A stretch of DNA of 64,000 nt from Nitrosopumilus sp. GTDB lineage: Archaea; Thermoproteota; Nitrososphaeria; Nitrososphaerales; Nitrosopumilaceae. The DNA lies in assembly GCA_965203315.1 (NCBI GenBank), contig OZ241857.1, positions 1,120,001 to 1,184,000 on the forward strand, in the 5' to 3' direction. Of this stretch, positions 1 through 10,221 are shown piece after piece (the first letter of the stretch is position 1; every line of letters starts with the position of its first letter). Made by a program: the position numbers and the translations under genes. The notes under the pieces are model-generated. The model had not been told where the DNA came from. It searched no databases and was given only the letters and a program-made list of their open reading frames with translations.

Positions 1-338
1 AGCGATCTAGCATACATCGTCACTAGAATATCAAATCTGCCTGCTACTTCAGATACATCTCGCACACCGTCGATCTTGAATAGTTTATCAACAATACTGT
101 CTCGTTTCTTTGCATCGATGTTGATTCCTGTAAATGCCTTGACAGTATATCCAAGCTCAGAATTGTTTACGATTATTGTGAATCGTTCGATCATCTTTCT
201 CTTGACCAGTCGTTTTATCCTCGAGTACACCAACGACGAATTTGTGTTGATCTTTTCTGCTAGACGTAGGACGGTAATAGAAGAGTCATTAGACAGTTCA
301 GTAAGTATCTTTAGATCAAGTTCGTCGACTTCGGTCAT
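1..338 (-). CDS. Lrp/AsnC family transcriptional regulator (runs off window start)
   Basis: Manual translation from ATG at 338: MTEVDELDLKILTELSNDSSITVLRLAEKINTNSSLVYSRIKRLVKRKMIERFTIIVNNSELGY...SEVAGRFDIL, an AsnC-type HTH plus ligand domain; absent from ORF track. Confidence 0.9.
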   Translation of the reverse strand, partial: MTEVDELDLKILTELSNDSSITVLRLAEKINTNSSLVYSRIKRLVKRKMIERFTIIVNNSELGYTVKAFTGINIDAKKRDSIVDKLFKIDGVRDVSEVAGRFDILVTMYARS

Positions 339-402
339 TTGTGGTATTTCTGTATATATTTTGGTGTTTATAAAGTTATTATTGTAAAAATTACAAGATA
401 TT

Positions 403-1485
403 TTAAATTTTGCCTTTTTTATACAACATCTCTGCCAACAGTACAGCGCCCTTGGCCGAACCCATCTTTTTGTTGTGTGAGAACAACATGTACTTGAGAC
501 CGTTGTTAAAGAGTTCTTCTCGTTCCACTCTGCCTATCGTAGTAGTCATCCCATCCCCGACAGTCTTCTCCATCCTTGGTTGAGGTCTAGTCGGATCGTC
601 ATGGAATGCATAATAGTTCTTTGGGGCAGATGGTAATCCCAATACAGAGATATTCTTGTTACACATCTCATAGAGAGCCTTTGCTTTCTCGGGATCTATA
701 TTTTCACTAGTCTCTACAAAGACCGATTCTGTATGTCCATCAACTACTGGTACTCGAGTACATGTACAACTAACTCTAATGTCCGCGTCGTTGATCTTTT
801 TACCATCAAATGTACCTAGAATCTTTCTAGTCTCGCGTTTAACCTTTCCTTCTTCATTTGGAATATAGGGTAGAATGTTTCCAGTAATGTCCATTGCAGA
901 GACACCACTTTTACCACCTCCAGAGATAGCTTGCATTGATGTCATCAAGACCTTCTTTGCACCATACATCTCGACTAGTGGTTTTAGTGTAATGACCAAG
1001 CCGGTTGTGGTACAGTTCGGTAGTGGTGCTACCCAACCCTTCCAGTTACGGTTCGCCTTTTGAATATCTAATAGATCGCTATGTTCGTCGTTGATACCAG
1101 GGATCAGTATCGGTACATCGTCTTCATATCTGTATGCAGAACTAGTAGAGATCACTGGCAAAAGAGCTGCCATATTAGTCTCGATATCTCTTGCAGCTTT
1201 GGACTCGATTGCCGAGAAGACCAGATCTAGACTATCGGTATCCAACTCATCGATCTGTCGAACTTGCATCGTTTTGATATAATCTGGTATCTCACCACCA
1301 ACATCCCATGCAATAATCCCATTAGGGTTTCGTAGCGCGTCAAGATAGATCTTACCTGCTGAACGTTCCGATGCTGCAATCTGGGTTACCTCAAACCATG
1401 GGTGATTCTCTAGTGATTGTACAAACTCTTGTCCAACAGAGCCCGTGACGCCCAATATTGCAACACGCTTTCGATCCATGTACAT
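403..1485 (-). CDS. asd: Aspartate-semialdehyde dehydrogenase
   Basis: GVTGSVGQ NADP motif, PNCTT catalytic Cys, QAISGGG, CTRVPVVDGH. Confidence 0.95.
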   Translation of the reverse strand: MYMDRKRVAILGVTGSVGQEFVQSLENHPWFEVTQIAASERSAGKIYLDALRNPNGIIAWDVGGEIPDYIKTMQVRQIDELDTDSLDLVFSAIESKAARDIETNMAALLPVISTSSAYRYEDDVPILIPGINDEHSDLLDIQKANRNWKGWVAPLPNCTTTGLVITLKPLVEMYGAKKVLMTSMQAISGGGKSGVSAMDITGNILPYIPNEEGKVKRETRKILGTFDGKKINDADIRVSCTCTRVPVVDGHTESVFVETSENIDPEKAKALYEMCNKNISVLGLPSAPKNYYAFHDDPTRPQPRMEKTVGDGMTTTIGRVEREELFNNGLKYMLFSHNKKMGSAKGAVLLAEMLYKKGKI

Positions 1486-1745
1486 TACAACATTGAGGAT
1501 TAATATATTTCAATATCTGCAATAACTGTCAGCGCCTCATACAACAGGTCTTCAATGTATGTAGTTTAGAAACATACGAGATGTACGAATACGTTTCGAA
1601 AATTTTGTACATCTACGGGAGAGACTGATCAGGGTATGAGATACTTTCAAACTTTTGATGCTCTAGTTCTAGACGACATAAAGATCAATCGATAGTACAA
1701 GAGATGCATAATACAAGAGTGTTAGAAAGTACAATACATCATATA

Positions 1746-1874
1746 TAGTCGTGAACATAATAATTTTCCTAGTCTGCAGTATCACAATTTAGTGTTATTT
1801 GTTCTGTCAGAGGTAAATTCTGTCTTACACCACATATGTGGGAGTAGACAAGAAAATAATTCCGTTCGTGACTA
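1746..1874. mobile_element. MITE family A (IS630-derived), copy A1, 129 bp
   Basis: Ends TAGTCGTGAACATAATAATTTTCC / GAAAATAATTCCGTTCGTGACTA resemble the IS630 TIR; TA on both sides; similar throughout to copies at 18072 and 25762. Confidence 0.9.
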
Positions 1875-1875
1875 T

Positions 1876-2086
1876 ACCAAAGTGCAAAAGTATTTTCCAA
1901 GTAAATCGTAGAAGAGCATGTATGTAATTATGAATACATCTTTACGAAAATCAAAAGTACATCATTTGAATGATTTTGCCTATAGAAATAGCATATACAC
2001 TGTCGTCATTACAAGATGAGTACATCCATAAAAAGTACATATACGTTCTTTTGTTGTCGCCTTGGAAAATACTTTTGCACTTTGGT
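1876..2086. mobile_element. Foldback/MITE-like element B with perfect 26-bp terminal inverted repeat
   Basis: ACCAAAGTGCAAAAGTATTTTCCAAG (1876-1901) is the exact reverse complement of 2061-2086; imperfect symmetry continues inward; TA next to both ends. Confidence 0.75.
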
Positions 2087-2101
2087 GTATGTTTGAGAGT
2101 G

Positions 2102-2206
2102 ATGAATGAAAAAAGCATGGAACGATTGAGTACTATATTCAGATGTTTACTTACATGGGAGCGATAGGGCATAGATGTATATGACAAACTACTCAAAGTT
2201 CTCTAG
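2102..2206 (+). pseudogene. Possible C-terminal remnant of an IS66-like transposase
   Basis: MNEKSMERLSTIFRCLLTWER*GIDVYDKLLKVL* resembles IS66 transposase C-termini from memory; internal stop; abuts element B. Confidence 0.35.
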
Positions 2207-2387
2207 GCAACCTGATATCATACTCAGGTTTTCAACATCTGGGAACATATCTCTTCCCTTTGTCGGAATCTACAGTTGGACTGATTTGAGACTTTATCTC
2301 AAATCTACAAAATGCTTTCGAGTCAGTGCAGATACCATGACCGTACAATTTTAGAATGTTTTTATGTCATTGTGAGGATGAAACAAC

Positions 2388-3002
2388 ATGGCAATTGAGA
2401 GCAAGATGCTAGAGATCAGCGAGGTTGAAGAATATGTCATCTTGTTGGTACATGTGGACGATCAACCCATACAAGGCAGACAGAAACTCCAATTTTTGAT
2501 GTATATGTTAGGTGGGGCATACAACGAGATCAGAGAGTTGTGTGATTTTACAATAAAAGATAACGGTCCATACAGTTCAATATTGGATAATTCTCTAGAT
2601 CATCTTGTACAGATTGGTCTACTAGCAGAGCTTGATGACGCCATACAATTGACTGAAAAATGCACATCATATGCCAAAGATATCGTAGTCAAAAAAGACA
2701 AGATTCTAAAGTTTCCAGGATTAATTAATATAAAGATGTCAGATGTGTTTGAAGTACAAAAGAATATTGTAAACGACGTAACCATTCTAGAGATGCTATC
2801 ATTTATGTATTGCTTGTATCCTGACATGCAAAAGGGTTCTACAACCTACGAGAAACTAAAGCCAGATATTAAAGAACATCTATTCTCCATGGTCGCTAAA
2901 GAAAAGTTTGGTTATAAAAGAGTAGGAGGATTGCTCGGGATACCACTGCACATAATAATGAAAGAGGCGGGTAAACGCGGATTACTCAGATTAGAGCTTT
3001 GA
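2388..3002 (+). CDS. Putative antitoxin: N-terminal wHTH (YwgA/SocA-like) fused to a UPF0175-like C-terminus
   Basis: GRQKLQFLMY..NGPYSS N-terminal motifs; C-terminal KEKFGYKRVGGLLGIPLHIIMKEAGKRG; overlaps the PIN gene by 4 bp. Confidence 0.55.
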   Translation: MAIESKMLEISEVEEYVILLVHVDDQPIQGRQKLQFLMYMLGGAYNEIRELCDFTIKDNGPYSSILDNSLDHLVQIGLLAELDDAIQLTEKCTSYAKDIVVKKDKILKFPGLINIKMSDVFEVQKNIVNDVTILEMLSFMYCLYPDMQKGSTTYEKLKPDIKEHLFSMVAKEKFGYKRVGGLLGIPLHIIMKEAGKRGLLRLEL

Positions 3003-3490
3003 AGATAATAGACACATCCACATTCGTTGGAATATTCAACGAAGCGAAAAGACCAGATGTGTTTGAAGATCTTTTACAACTGGGACACATATTAGTAATT
3101 ACAAAATATGTGTTATCGGAGGTGGAGGATCCTACCACCAGTACAAACGTTAAAAGATTAATAACAGAGCGTAAACTTGAACGCTCAGAAAGAAACGCAC
3201 TTGAAGAAATTAAAGCTTTTCAACTATCTTATACAAATTTAGAGCCAGGTGAGACGGATGTAATCCTCACTTACCTAAAACTAAGCCAATACACAGACAA
3301 TATTTACTGTATTTTAGATGACGATGCTGCACGAAAGACGGCATCAAAATTAAAAATAAGATATACTGGTCTGATAGGACTATTAAAGATGTTAAAGACT
3401 CGTGGAATTAAGAGTCCAGACGAGATCCGTGAAATTTTCAAACTATTAAAAAAAGGTGGTTTCAGGATGCCAAAACATATTGATATCTAG
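2999..3490 (+). CDS. PIN-domain (DUF3368-like/VapC) toxin
   Basis: IIDTS, LEPGETDVI, LDDDAARKTA, TGLIGLL, GFRM motifs. Confidence 0.85.
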   Translation: MKIIDTSTFVGIFNEAKRPDVFEDLLQLGHILVITKYVLSEVEDPTTSTNVKRLITERKLERSERNALEEIKAFQLSYTNLEPGETDVILTYLKLSQYTDNIYCILDDDAARKTASKLKIRYTGLIGLLKMLKTRGIKSPDEIREIFKLLKKGGFRMPKHIDI

Positions 3491-3729
3491 AGTACGACGT
3501 TAGGTCGACATGTTGTTTAGGCACGAAAAATAAACTTTTCATAAAAGATCATACTAGACATCCATGACAACTCAACATCATGCCCGAAGATACAGTAGAA
3601 GTGTCTTGTCACAGTATTTGGTCACATCTAGTCTCGTAAAGTCTCAAAACTCTTCTCTGTTTATGTATATCTTGGTTCCAGTATAAGATTAAAGTATCTC
3701 ATTTGCAAGATCAAAAAGTCATACAATAT

Positions 3730-3839
3730 GATTCTTTTCAGTTTACGTGGGATGAATGGTTACATAAATCACCATAAGATTCTAGAAGGAAAAATTAAAA
3801 AAAGCCTTGCGAAATATCATCCCATGTAAATCGAAGATC
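3730..3839. repeat. MITE-like family C, copy 1
   Basis: Imperfect inverted ends (TTTACGTGGGATGA / TCATCCCATGTAAA); homologous to 5185-5263. Confidence 0.6.
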
Positions 3840-3942
3840 CTCTGTCATTGGTTTAAACTTGTACCAGAAAATGATCTTACATTTGTTCGGTCTACATAAT
3901 CAGACGGTAGAATCTCAGCGATAACACAATCAAATACTTGAT

Positions 3943-4788
3943 TCAACTATTCTTTGACTCTAGTTTTGACTCGATGACACGTCTGTATTTTTCGCCTTTG
4001 GGGTTAGAAGGATCTAGATTTATTGCAGTATTTATGGTATCTAGTGCCTCATCATAGAGTTCTAGACCATAAAACCTCGCACAAAGAGAATACAATATGT
4101 CAGGATCTTGTGGATCTAGTTTTGCCAGATACCTACAGCATTTTATTGACTCCTCGTTTTTGCCAACACGGTATAGCGCTGTTGCCTTGTTTATCAAAGT
4201 CTCTACATTATCAGGATCTGTTGATAGTTCCTCTTCAAAACACTCGAGTGCTGCATTGTACTTTTTTAGATCAAATAATAACAGTCCCTTGTTGTGTAGA
4301 GTTTGGTCATCATAGCTAGCTTGTAGAATATCATATATTGCAGGGTTTGTGATATCATCGGGGTCATTATAGGTTGGATTGTATTCTAGAGCTCTGTCAT
4401 AATAGTACAGGATCTCTTTTGCGAGGTCTGGATCTGGATCTCGGTTATATCTTTGGTGCAATACTAGTCCTTTAATACTAAACAAGGATTGATCATCTAT
4501 TCCACTATCCCTAGTCTTGTCTGCACATTCTAGAGCTTTATCATATTTGCCAGCATCATACAACATGGCTGCTTTTGTGGCAAGATATACTGGTTTATAG
4601 GCTTGACTAGCACACCGTATTGCATCATCACAGTGACCAAGTGCAACATCATGTCTTCCTCGATCGTTAAAATGCATAGCTTTGAATTGATGTGCAATTG
4701 CCACATCTGGATTTCTTGCAAGTATGTCATTACAGAGATCTAGAATCTCTTCACTCCTGCCTTCTCTTATTAGATCCGATACCTGCAT
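3943..4788 (-). CDS. Tetratricopeptide repeat protein
   Basis: Multiple TPR units (LHNKGLLLFDLKKYNAALECFEEELSTDP; YDEALDTINTAINLDPSN). Confidence 0.9.
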   Translation of the reverse strand: MQVSDLIREGRSEEILDLCNDILARNPDVAIAHQFKAMHFNDRGRHDVALGHCDDAIRCASQAYKPVYLATKAAMLYDAGKYDKALECADKTRDSGIDDQSLFSIKGLVLHQRYNRDPDPDLAKEILYYYDRALEYNPTYNDPDDITNPAIYDILQASYDDQTLHNKGLLLFDLKKYNAALECFEEELSTDPDNVETLINKATALYRVGKNEESIKCCRYLAKLDPQDPDILYSLCARFYGLELYDEALDTINTAINLDPSNPKGEKYRRVIESKLESKNS

Positions 4789-5184
4789 TGTTACAATACT
4801 AATTTGTTCATCTTCGTGTATCTTGTTTACCCTACTAGACCGTATTCATAATTCAATTTTGGCAAATATTGGAGTTTGAATATTTTTGTGCCACGTGTGT
4901 GATTTGGACTATTCCATTTATACCAAGTTTTAATATGTATGCAGATCTATAAATTCACAACATATTGTAAATTTACCTCTAGGATATCAAATATTTCGTC
5001 GATAACTTTAATCAATATTCAACTAAACAAGAGATATGCATAATGATGAGTGTGTGTTTTGGTTTATGCTAGGATGATCGTGCTAAGTGTCAAGAAAGAA
5101 CCGAATTATGAATAGGGTCTACTTGACAATCTCGTACTTTACCTACATTCGTCTTATCTTAAATTTTATGGTCTACCAAAACTA

Positions 5185-5263
5185 GATCTCTTTGGTTTAC
5201 GTGGAATAGAATGGTTACAGAAAAAGCCTTGTGAAATATTATCCTATTTAAATCCAAGAGATC
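5185..5263. repeat. MITE-like family C, copy 2 (shorter)
   Basis: GATCTCTTTGGTTTACGTGGAATA...TATCCTATTTAAATCCAAGAGATC; shares GAATGGTTACA and AAAAAGCCTTG-GAAATAT with copy 1. Confidence 0.6.
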
Positions 5264-5356
5264 CTACAACATGTAATCTAGTAGATACTTTATGATTTAC
5301 CTAGTTTGTGCCTTTTTTACGTCAGAGAACCGTTACAGTAGCTCATGAATCTTTAG

Positions 5357-6493
5357 ATGCCAAAGACACTATACCTAGTAAGATCAACTCTAAACATGCA
5401 GCAGAAACCACGTGAGTTTATACTAAAACATAGACCTACATTACACGGTGGAAAGAACGCGATTCATTATACATCTAGTACATCTAGCGATCCAAAAAAC
5501 ATAATCGACTTTAGTGCCAACATCAACCCACTAGGATGTCCCACTCAGGTACTAGAGGCGCTACTAGATAACTTGGCCAATATAGTTGACTATCCAGATC
5601 CAAATTCATCAAAACTCTCTACTGCTCTAAGTCGTTATCTGAAACTAGATTCCAAAAATATAGTTATAGGAAATGGTGCCACGGAGATAATCTATAACTT
5701 TTGTAGTGCATTTCTTGCAAAATCTAGAGTATTAATTCACATTCCAACATTCCAAGAGTATGAGAGGGCAGCATCGCTAGTTAGTGCTCGCATATCAAAG
5801 TTTACTACAATGGATCTGGCAGACGATGTTGAATTGTTTATATCAAATATCCCCAAACATGGTTGTGTCTTTGTGTGTAATCCAAATAACCCAACAGGAA
5901 CAATTGTACCTCAAAGAAAGATGCTCGATATTGTAAATGCTGCATATTCAGTATCTTCATTTGTATTCGTCGATGAATGTTTTATAGAACTAGCTGGGCA
6001 GGAAAGAGCATCTGTAATCAAACATATCAAAACCTTTGAAAACTTGATCATATTACGTTCTCTCACAAAGTCTTTTGGATTACCAGGAATTCGTATAGGT
6101 TATGCTGCTGCATCTGAACAGATAACAGATATCTTGACTAGAATTAAAATTCCATGGAGTGTAAATACGCTTGCTCAAATATCTGCAATAGCATCTCTTA
6201 AATGCCAAGATCATGTCAAGAGGTCTCGCAAAGTAATAACTGACGAGTATCAATATTTACGTAAAAAGATCAATGCCATTCCGGGTTTCTGTTGTTACAA
6301 ATCAACTACAAACTTTATTCTAGTCAGTACATCACTAGACTCGACATATATACAACAACAGTTATTAAAATCAAATATACTAGTTCGAGACTGCAAAAAC
6401 TTTGATGGTTTATCAGAAAATTGTATTCGAATTGCAATACGTACACACAAAGATAATCTAAAACTCGTACGTGCATTGGAGCAGATACAATGA
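5357..6493 (+). CDS. cobD: Threonine-phosphate decarboxylase (PLP class I/II fold; true start probably slightly downstream)
   Basis: HGG, DFSANINPLG, CNPNNPTG, VDECF, RSLTKSFGLPGIRIGY; first gene of the cobalamin operon. Confidence 0.85.
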   Translation: MPKTLYLVRSTLNMQQKPREFILKHRPTLHGGKNAIHYTSSTSSDPKNIIDFSANINPLGCPTQVLEALLDNLANIVDYPDPNSSKLSTALSRYLKLDSKNIVIGNGATEIIYNFCSAFLAKSRVLIHIPTFQEYERAASLVSARISKFTTMDLADDVELFISNIPKHGCVFVCNPNNPTGTIVPQRKMLDIVNAAYSVSSFVFVDECFIELAGQERASVIKHIKTFENLIILRSLTKSFGLPGIRIGYAAASEQITDILTRIKIPWSVNTLAQISAIASLKCQDHVKRSRKVITDEYQYLRKKINAIPGFCCYKSTTNFILVSTSLDSTYIQQQLLKSNILVRDCKNFDGLSENCIRIAIRTHKDNLKLVRALEQIQ

Positions 6494-7320
6494 GATCCAT
6501 AATGATCCAAGGCACGTCATCTGCTGCCGGCAAGACTACTCTTGTAGCTGCGTTATGTAGAATATTTTCTGATCTAGGATATAGTGTATCTCCATTCAAA
6601 TCTCAAAATATGTCAAGGATGTCGTATGTAGACTCTGACTTTGAGATCTCTGTTGCCCAAGCAGTACAGGCCATAGCTGCACGTTGTGACATAACGCCTA
6701 ACCTAAACCCAATTCTTCTCAAACCACTCGGCGATTATACAAGCATGATATATCTAGATGGTAAACCCTACAAAGAGATGCACGCTAAAGAGTACTATAC
6801 TACCTTTATTGATACTGCGCTAACACATGCGACTAGTTCGCTCAAATTATTACACGATACCTTTGATATTGTAATATTAGAAGGAGCTGGTAGTCCAGCT
6901 GAGATCAACTTGCAACAATATGATATTGCCAACATGAAGATGGCAGATGAGATATCTGCTGCTGTACTGCTTGTATCTGATATAGACAGAGGTGGAGCGT
7001 TTGCGAGTATTGTAGGAACGATGTCATTGATCGAGCATAAAGAGTTAGTAGAGGGATTCATACTCAACAAGTTTCGAGGCGATGTTAAACTACTCCAGCC
7101 TGGATACGCTAAACTAGAACAGTTGACAGGACATCCTGTTCTTGGAACGATACCGCTGATTCATACCGGACTACCTGAAGAAGACTCTATGGGCTCCGGA
7201 CAGCGCCGAAAACAGTGGTACAAGAAAGATATTCTAGAGATCGATTCAGATCTAGATAGATTAGCAGATATTGTACGTTCTAACATAGATATGACAAAGA
7301 TTGAGGAGATCATACAATGA
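6490..7320 (+). CDS. cobQ: Cobyric acid synthase, synthetase domain only
   Basis: QGTSSAAGKT, PFKSQNMS, NPILLKP, EGAGSPAEINL, DIDRGG, NKFRGD, PEEDS; no GATase domain. Confidence 0.9.
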   Translation: MRSIMIQGTSSAAGKTTLVAALCRIFSDLGYSVSPFKSQNMSRMSYVDSDFEISVAQAVQAIAARCDITPNLNPILLKPLGDYTSMIYLDGKPYKEMHAKEYYTTFIDTALTHATSSLKLLHDTFDIVILEGAGSPAEINLQQYDIANMKMADEISAAVLLVSDIDRGGAFASIVGTMSLIEHKELVEGFILNKFRGDVKLLQPGYAKLEQLTGHPVLGTIPLIHTGLPEEDSMGSGQRRKQWYKKDILEIDSDLDRLADIVRSNIDMTKIEEIIQ

Positions 7321-8342
7321 TCATCGATGCTCCAATCTCTGACACATTCGGAACATTTGCTATCACATACACAGACATAATCGTAGTTATTGCAGGTGTA
7401 CTTGGTGGTGTGATTGCAGTTCTAATCGATCTGCGATTTGGTGATCCGACAAACCGATATCATCCGACTGCATGGATGGGCATCATAATCGCAAGGCTCA
7501 CTATACTATTCAAGAGTTCTAGTCCAAGACGAGAGCGTGTTGGAGGAGTCTTGATAATACTTGGAACAACAGGTATTGTACTGTCAGCTGTATCGTTGAT
7601 AACATTGGGATTACATCTAGTACCTGTCTCACTCTTTTTGATCAACGGTATCATTCTAGGAATATCTCTAAAGACTACTATAGCTATACGTGGTATGGTC
7701 ACTCATGCACTCGCAGTTCTAGATTCGTTAGACGATCTGGATACAGCACGTTCTAGTTTGTCTATGATAGTCAAACGTGACACAAGTAGTCTTGATCGAG
7801 ATCATGTGATATCAGGTGTATTAGAGAGTACTAGTGAGAATATGGTTGATGGCATTACCGGTCCTTTATTCTACTACGGACTCTTGGGATTGTTTGGTGC
7901 ATTTGTGTATCGTATTGTAAATACAGCAGACTCTATGATAGGATATCGCACCAATCTATTCTGCAATATTGGATGGTTTGCAGCAGTATCTGACACTGTA
8001 CTAAATTATATCCCTGCAAGACTTACAGGTCTATTGATTGTAGTATCGTCTGCCATGTTGAACTACAATTGGCGCGAGTCATACCGCATAATGCTGCGAG
8101 ATGGTAAAAAGACATCTAGTGTAAATGCAGGATATCCGATGGCTGCACTTGCAGGTGCATTAGGCATACAACTAGAAAAGATAGACTGCTATACGCTAGG
8201 TACCGGCAATACTCCCCTAGATCATTCTCATGTGTACAATACAATATCCATAATCAAGACGACATCGATCCTATTCTTTTGTACAATAACAGTACCGCTA
8301 GTTGTTGTCTTGTCACTTCTTGGATGGTGGATTCATGTTTAA
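7317..8342 (+). CDS. cbiB: Adenosylcobinamide-phosphate synthase
   Basis: GDP..HP, ESTSENMVDG, YRIVNTADSMIGY, NYIPARLT, NAGYPMAALAGALG. Confidence 0.92.
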   Translation: MIIDAPISDTFGTFAITYTDIIVVIAGVLGGVIAVLIDLRFGDPTNRYHPTAWMGIIIARLTILFKSSSPRRERVGGVLIILGTTGIVLSAVSLITLGLHLVPVSLFLINGIILGISLKTTIAIRGMVTHALAVLDSLDDLDTARSSLSMIVKRDTSSLDRDHVISGVLESTSENMVDGITGPLFYYGLLGLFGAFVYRIVNTADSMIGYRTNLFCNIGWFAAVSDTVLNYIPARLTGLLIVVSSAMLNYNWRESYRIMLRDGKKTSSVNAGYPMAALAGALGIQLEKIDCYTLGTGNTPLDHSHVYNTISIIKTTSILFFCTITVPLVVVLSLLGWWIHV

Positions 8343-9060
8343 AGAGACCAGCTATGTGATATCATTTCTAACCATACTTCCATCAAAGGGAGCTCCACTA
8401 GATATCGTTGCCAAATACATGCATCTATTTCCAATAGCAGGAATATTGTTAGGTGTGGTCATAGGGTCTATAGGTTTTGGACTCTCAAATGTACTCGATC
8501 CACTGATAGCTGGCATGTTAATAGTTGCATGTATAGTCATCATAACTGGACTACACCATACTGATGGTCTCGCTGACTTTGCAGACGGAGTGATGGCTAA
8601 AGGTACTCTAGATACAAAGATATCAGCCATGCGAGATCATACTACAGGTACAGCTGGCATATCTGCATTGGTACTATATCTGATCGGTCTAGTAGCTGTA
8701 ATATCATTATCTAGCGGATATGAGTTGTTTCGTGCACTACTAGTCAGCGAGGTTCTTGCAAAGTTTGCTATGGTTTTATTGGCAAGTATGGGAAACGCCA
8801 TACCATCAAGTTCCTGCTCGTCATTTGTTACGATAATGAGAGATAGACGTAGACTAGTATTTGCAGGCGCGATAACACTACTGACCGTGATTCTAGTAGG
8901 TCAATTAGTAGGTCTGATAATGTTTGGTATCGTGATAACTATGGTGTTAATTCTGTTCAGTGTGTCTATGCAGAGTTTTGGTGGAGTTGCTGGAGATATC
9001 TTTGGTGCAACAAATGAACTGACACGTCTTGCAGCACTGTTGGTATTTGTATCGATATGA
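8335..9060 (+). CDS. cobS: Adenosylcobinamide-GDP ribazoletransferase (cobalamin synthase)
   Basis: FLTILP, TGLHHTDGLADFADG, GGVAGDIFGATNE; ATG at 8335 preferred over track start 8302. Confidence 0.92.
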   Translation: MFKETSYVISFLTILPSKGAPLDIVAKYMHLFPIAGILLGVVIGSIGFGLSNVLDPLIAGMLIVACIVIITGLHHTDGLADFADGVMAKGTLDTKISAMRDHTTGTAGISALVLYLIGLVAVISLSSGYELFRALLVSEVLAKFAMVLLASMGNAIPSSSCSSFVTIMRDRRRLVFAGAITLLTVILVGQLVGLIMFGIVITMVLILFSVSMQSFGGVAGDIFGATNELTRLAALLVFVSI

Positions 9061-9635
9061 TCGGCATCATAATGGCAGGAGGTAGAGCCACCAGAATGGG
9101 CATACGCGAGAAACTATTACTGGGATCACGACCGGTAATACTAAACGTAGTTCGAGCACTATCAGAGTCGGAACGTTTTACAGATATAGTTGGAGTAACT
9201 AGTCCACATGCACCAGAGACTCGTCGAGTCTTGGAACAACACAACATAACCATCTTTGAATCTGCAGGTGATGGATATGTCGAGGATCTGAATCAGATAC
9301 TATTACACATAGAGGAACCCGCACTGATCATATCAGGCGATATGCCACTAGTAGACTCTGATATAATACATGATATACTAGACATGTATAATCCAAAACA
9401 TACATGGACTAGTGTCTTGGTCACTGTAGATTATGCTAAAAACATAAAGATCAGTCTCGAGACCACAGTAACCATAAACGGTACGCAATACTACTATACA
9501 GGAATATCACTAGTAGACGCGTCTGTTATATCAGATCTAGATGTACAGACCGAGAACTATATCATACTAGATGACAAGCGTGTTGCTGTAAACCTCAATA
9601 CGCAACGAGACCTAGAGTTTTTGCAAGATAATTGA
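9057..9635 (+). CDS. cobY: Adenosylcobinamide-phosphate guanylyltransferase (NTP transferase)
   Basis: MAGGRATRM..EKLLL, GDGYVEDL, NLNTQRDL; operon context. Confidence 0.85.
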   Translation: MIGIIMAGGRATRMGIREKLLLGSRPVILNVVRALSESERFTDIVGVTSPHAPETRRVLEQHNITIFESAGDGYVEDLNQILLHIEEPALIISGDMPLVDSDIIHDILDMYNPKHTWTSVLVTVDYAKNIKISLETTVTINGTQYYYTGISLVDASVISDLDVQTENYIILDDKRVAVNLNTQRDLEFLQDN

Positions 9636-10020
9636 TCGACGTAATTTCAGAGTACAAATTACAAAAAGTTTGAGAATAATAGATTACAATAGTAAACAGA
9701 TGCACTAGATGCAAAAAATAGATATACAGAGATATAGAAATATCAGATGACCTCAATTCCAAACAAGAGAGATTCAAAAGTCAAATATCTTTACAACAGA
9801 CTGAAATGCAATAGATTAGTGAAACCAAAGATGCAGATGTACAGATTGTCTATTCATGTTATACAATTCATATTATACACAGATACTATTGAATTTACCA
9901 TCCTTGCATTATTACTAGATGTCAGTTGGTAAATCATCCTATGACCACATAGTATGCCATGGTTATTAATTGACAAGAGTTCTTTTGAACCGATCGTTAT
10001 GTGAAATAGTTGTTATCCAA

Positions 10021-10221
10021 TTACGTGAGTTTTTTGGCATCTAGATCTGCATGCAGACGTGCTTTGGATCCAGTTGGTTTCGAGAGGATATTTCCACATG
10101 AATTACACATAACGATGGTAGATGCGTGAGAGTAGACTATCTGTATTTCGTTGCACTCTCGGCACTTTACCTGACTAAACTTGCTTGATGGCTCTGGAAT
10201 ATCGATATGATCTTTCTTCAT
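10021..10221 (-). CDS. rps27e: 30S ribosomal protein S27e
   Basis: IPEPSSKF..VKCREC..CNSCG..PTGSKA. Confidence 0.95.
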   Translation of the reverse strand: MKKDHIDIPEPSSKFSQVKCRECNEIQIVYSHASTIVMCNSCGNILSKPTGSKARLHADLDAKKLT

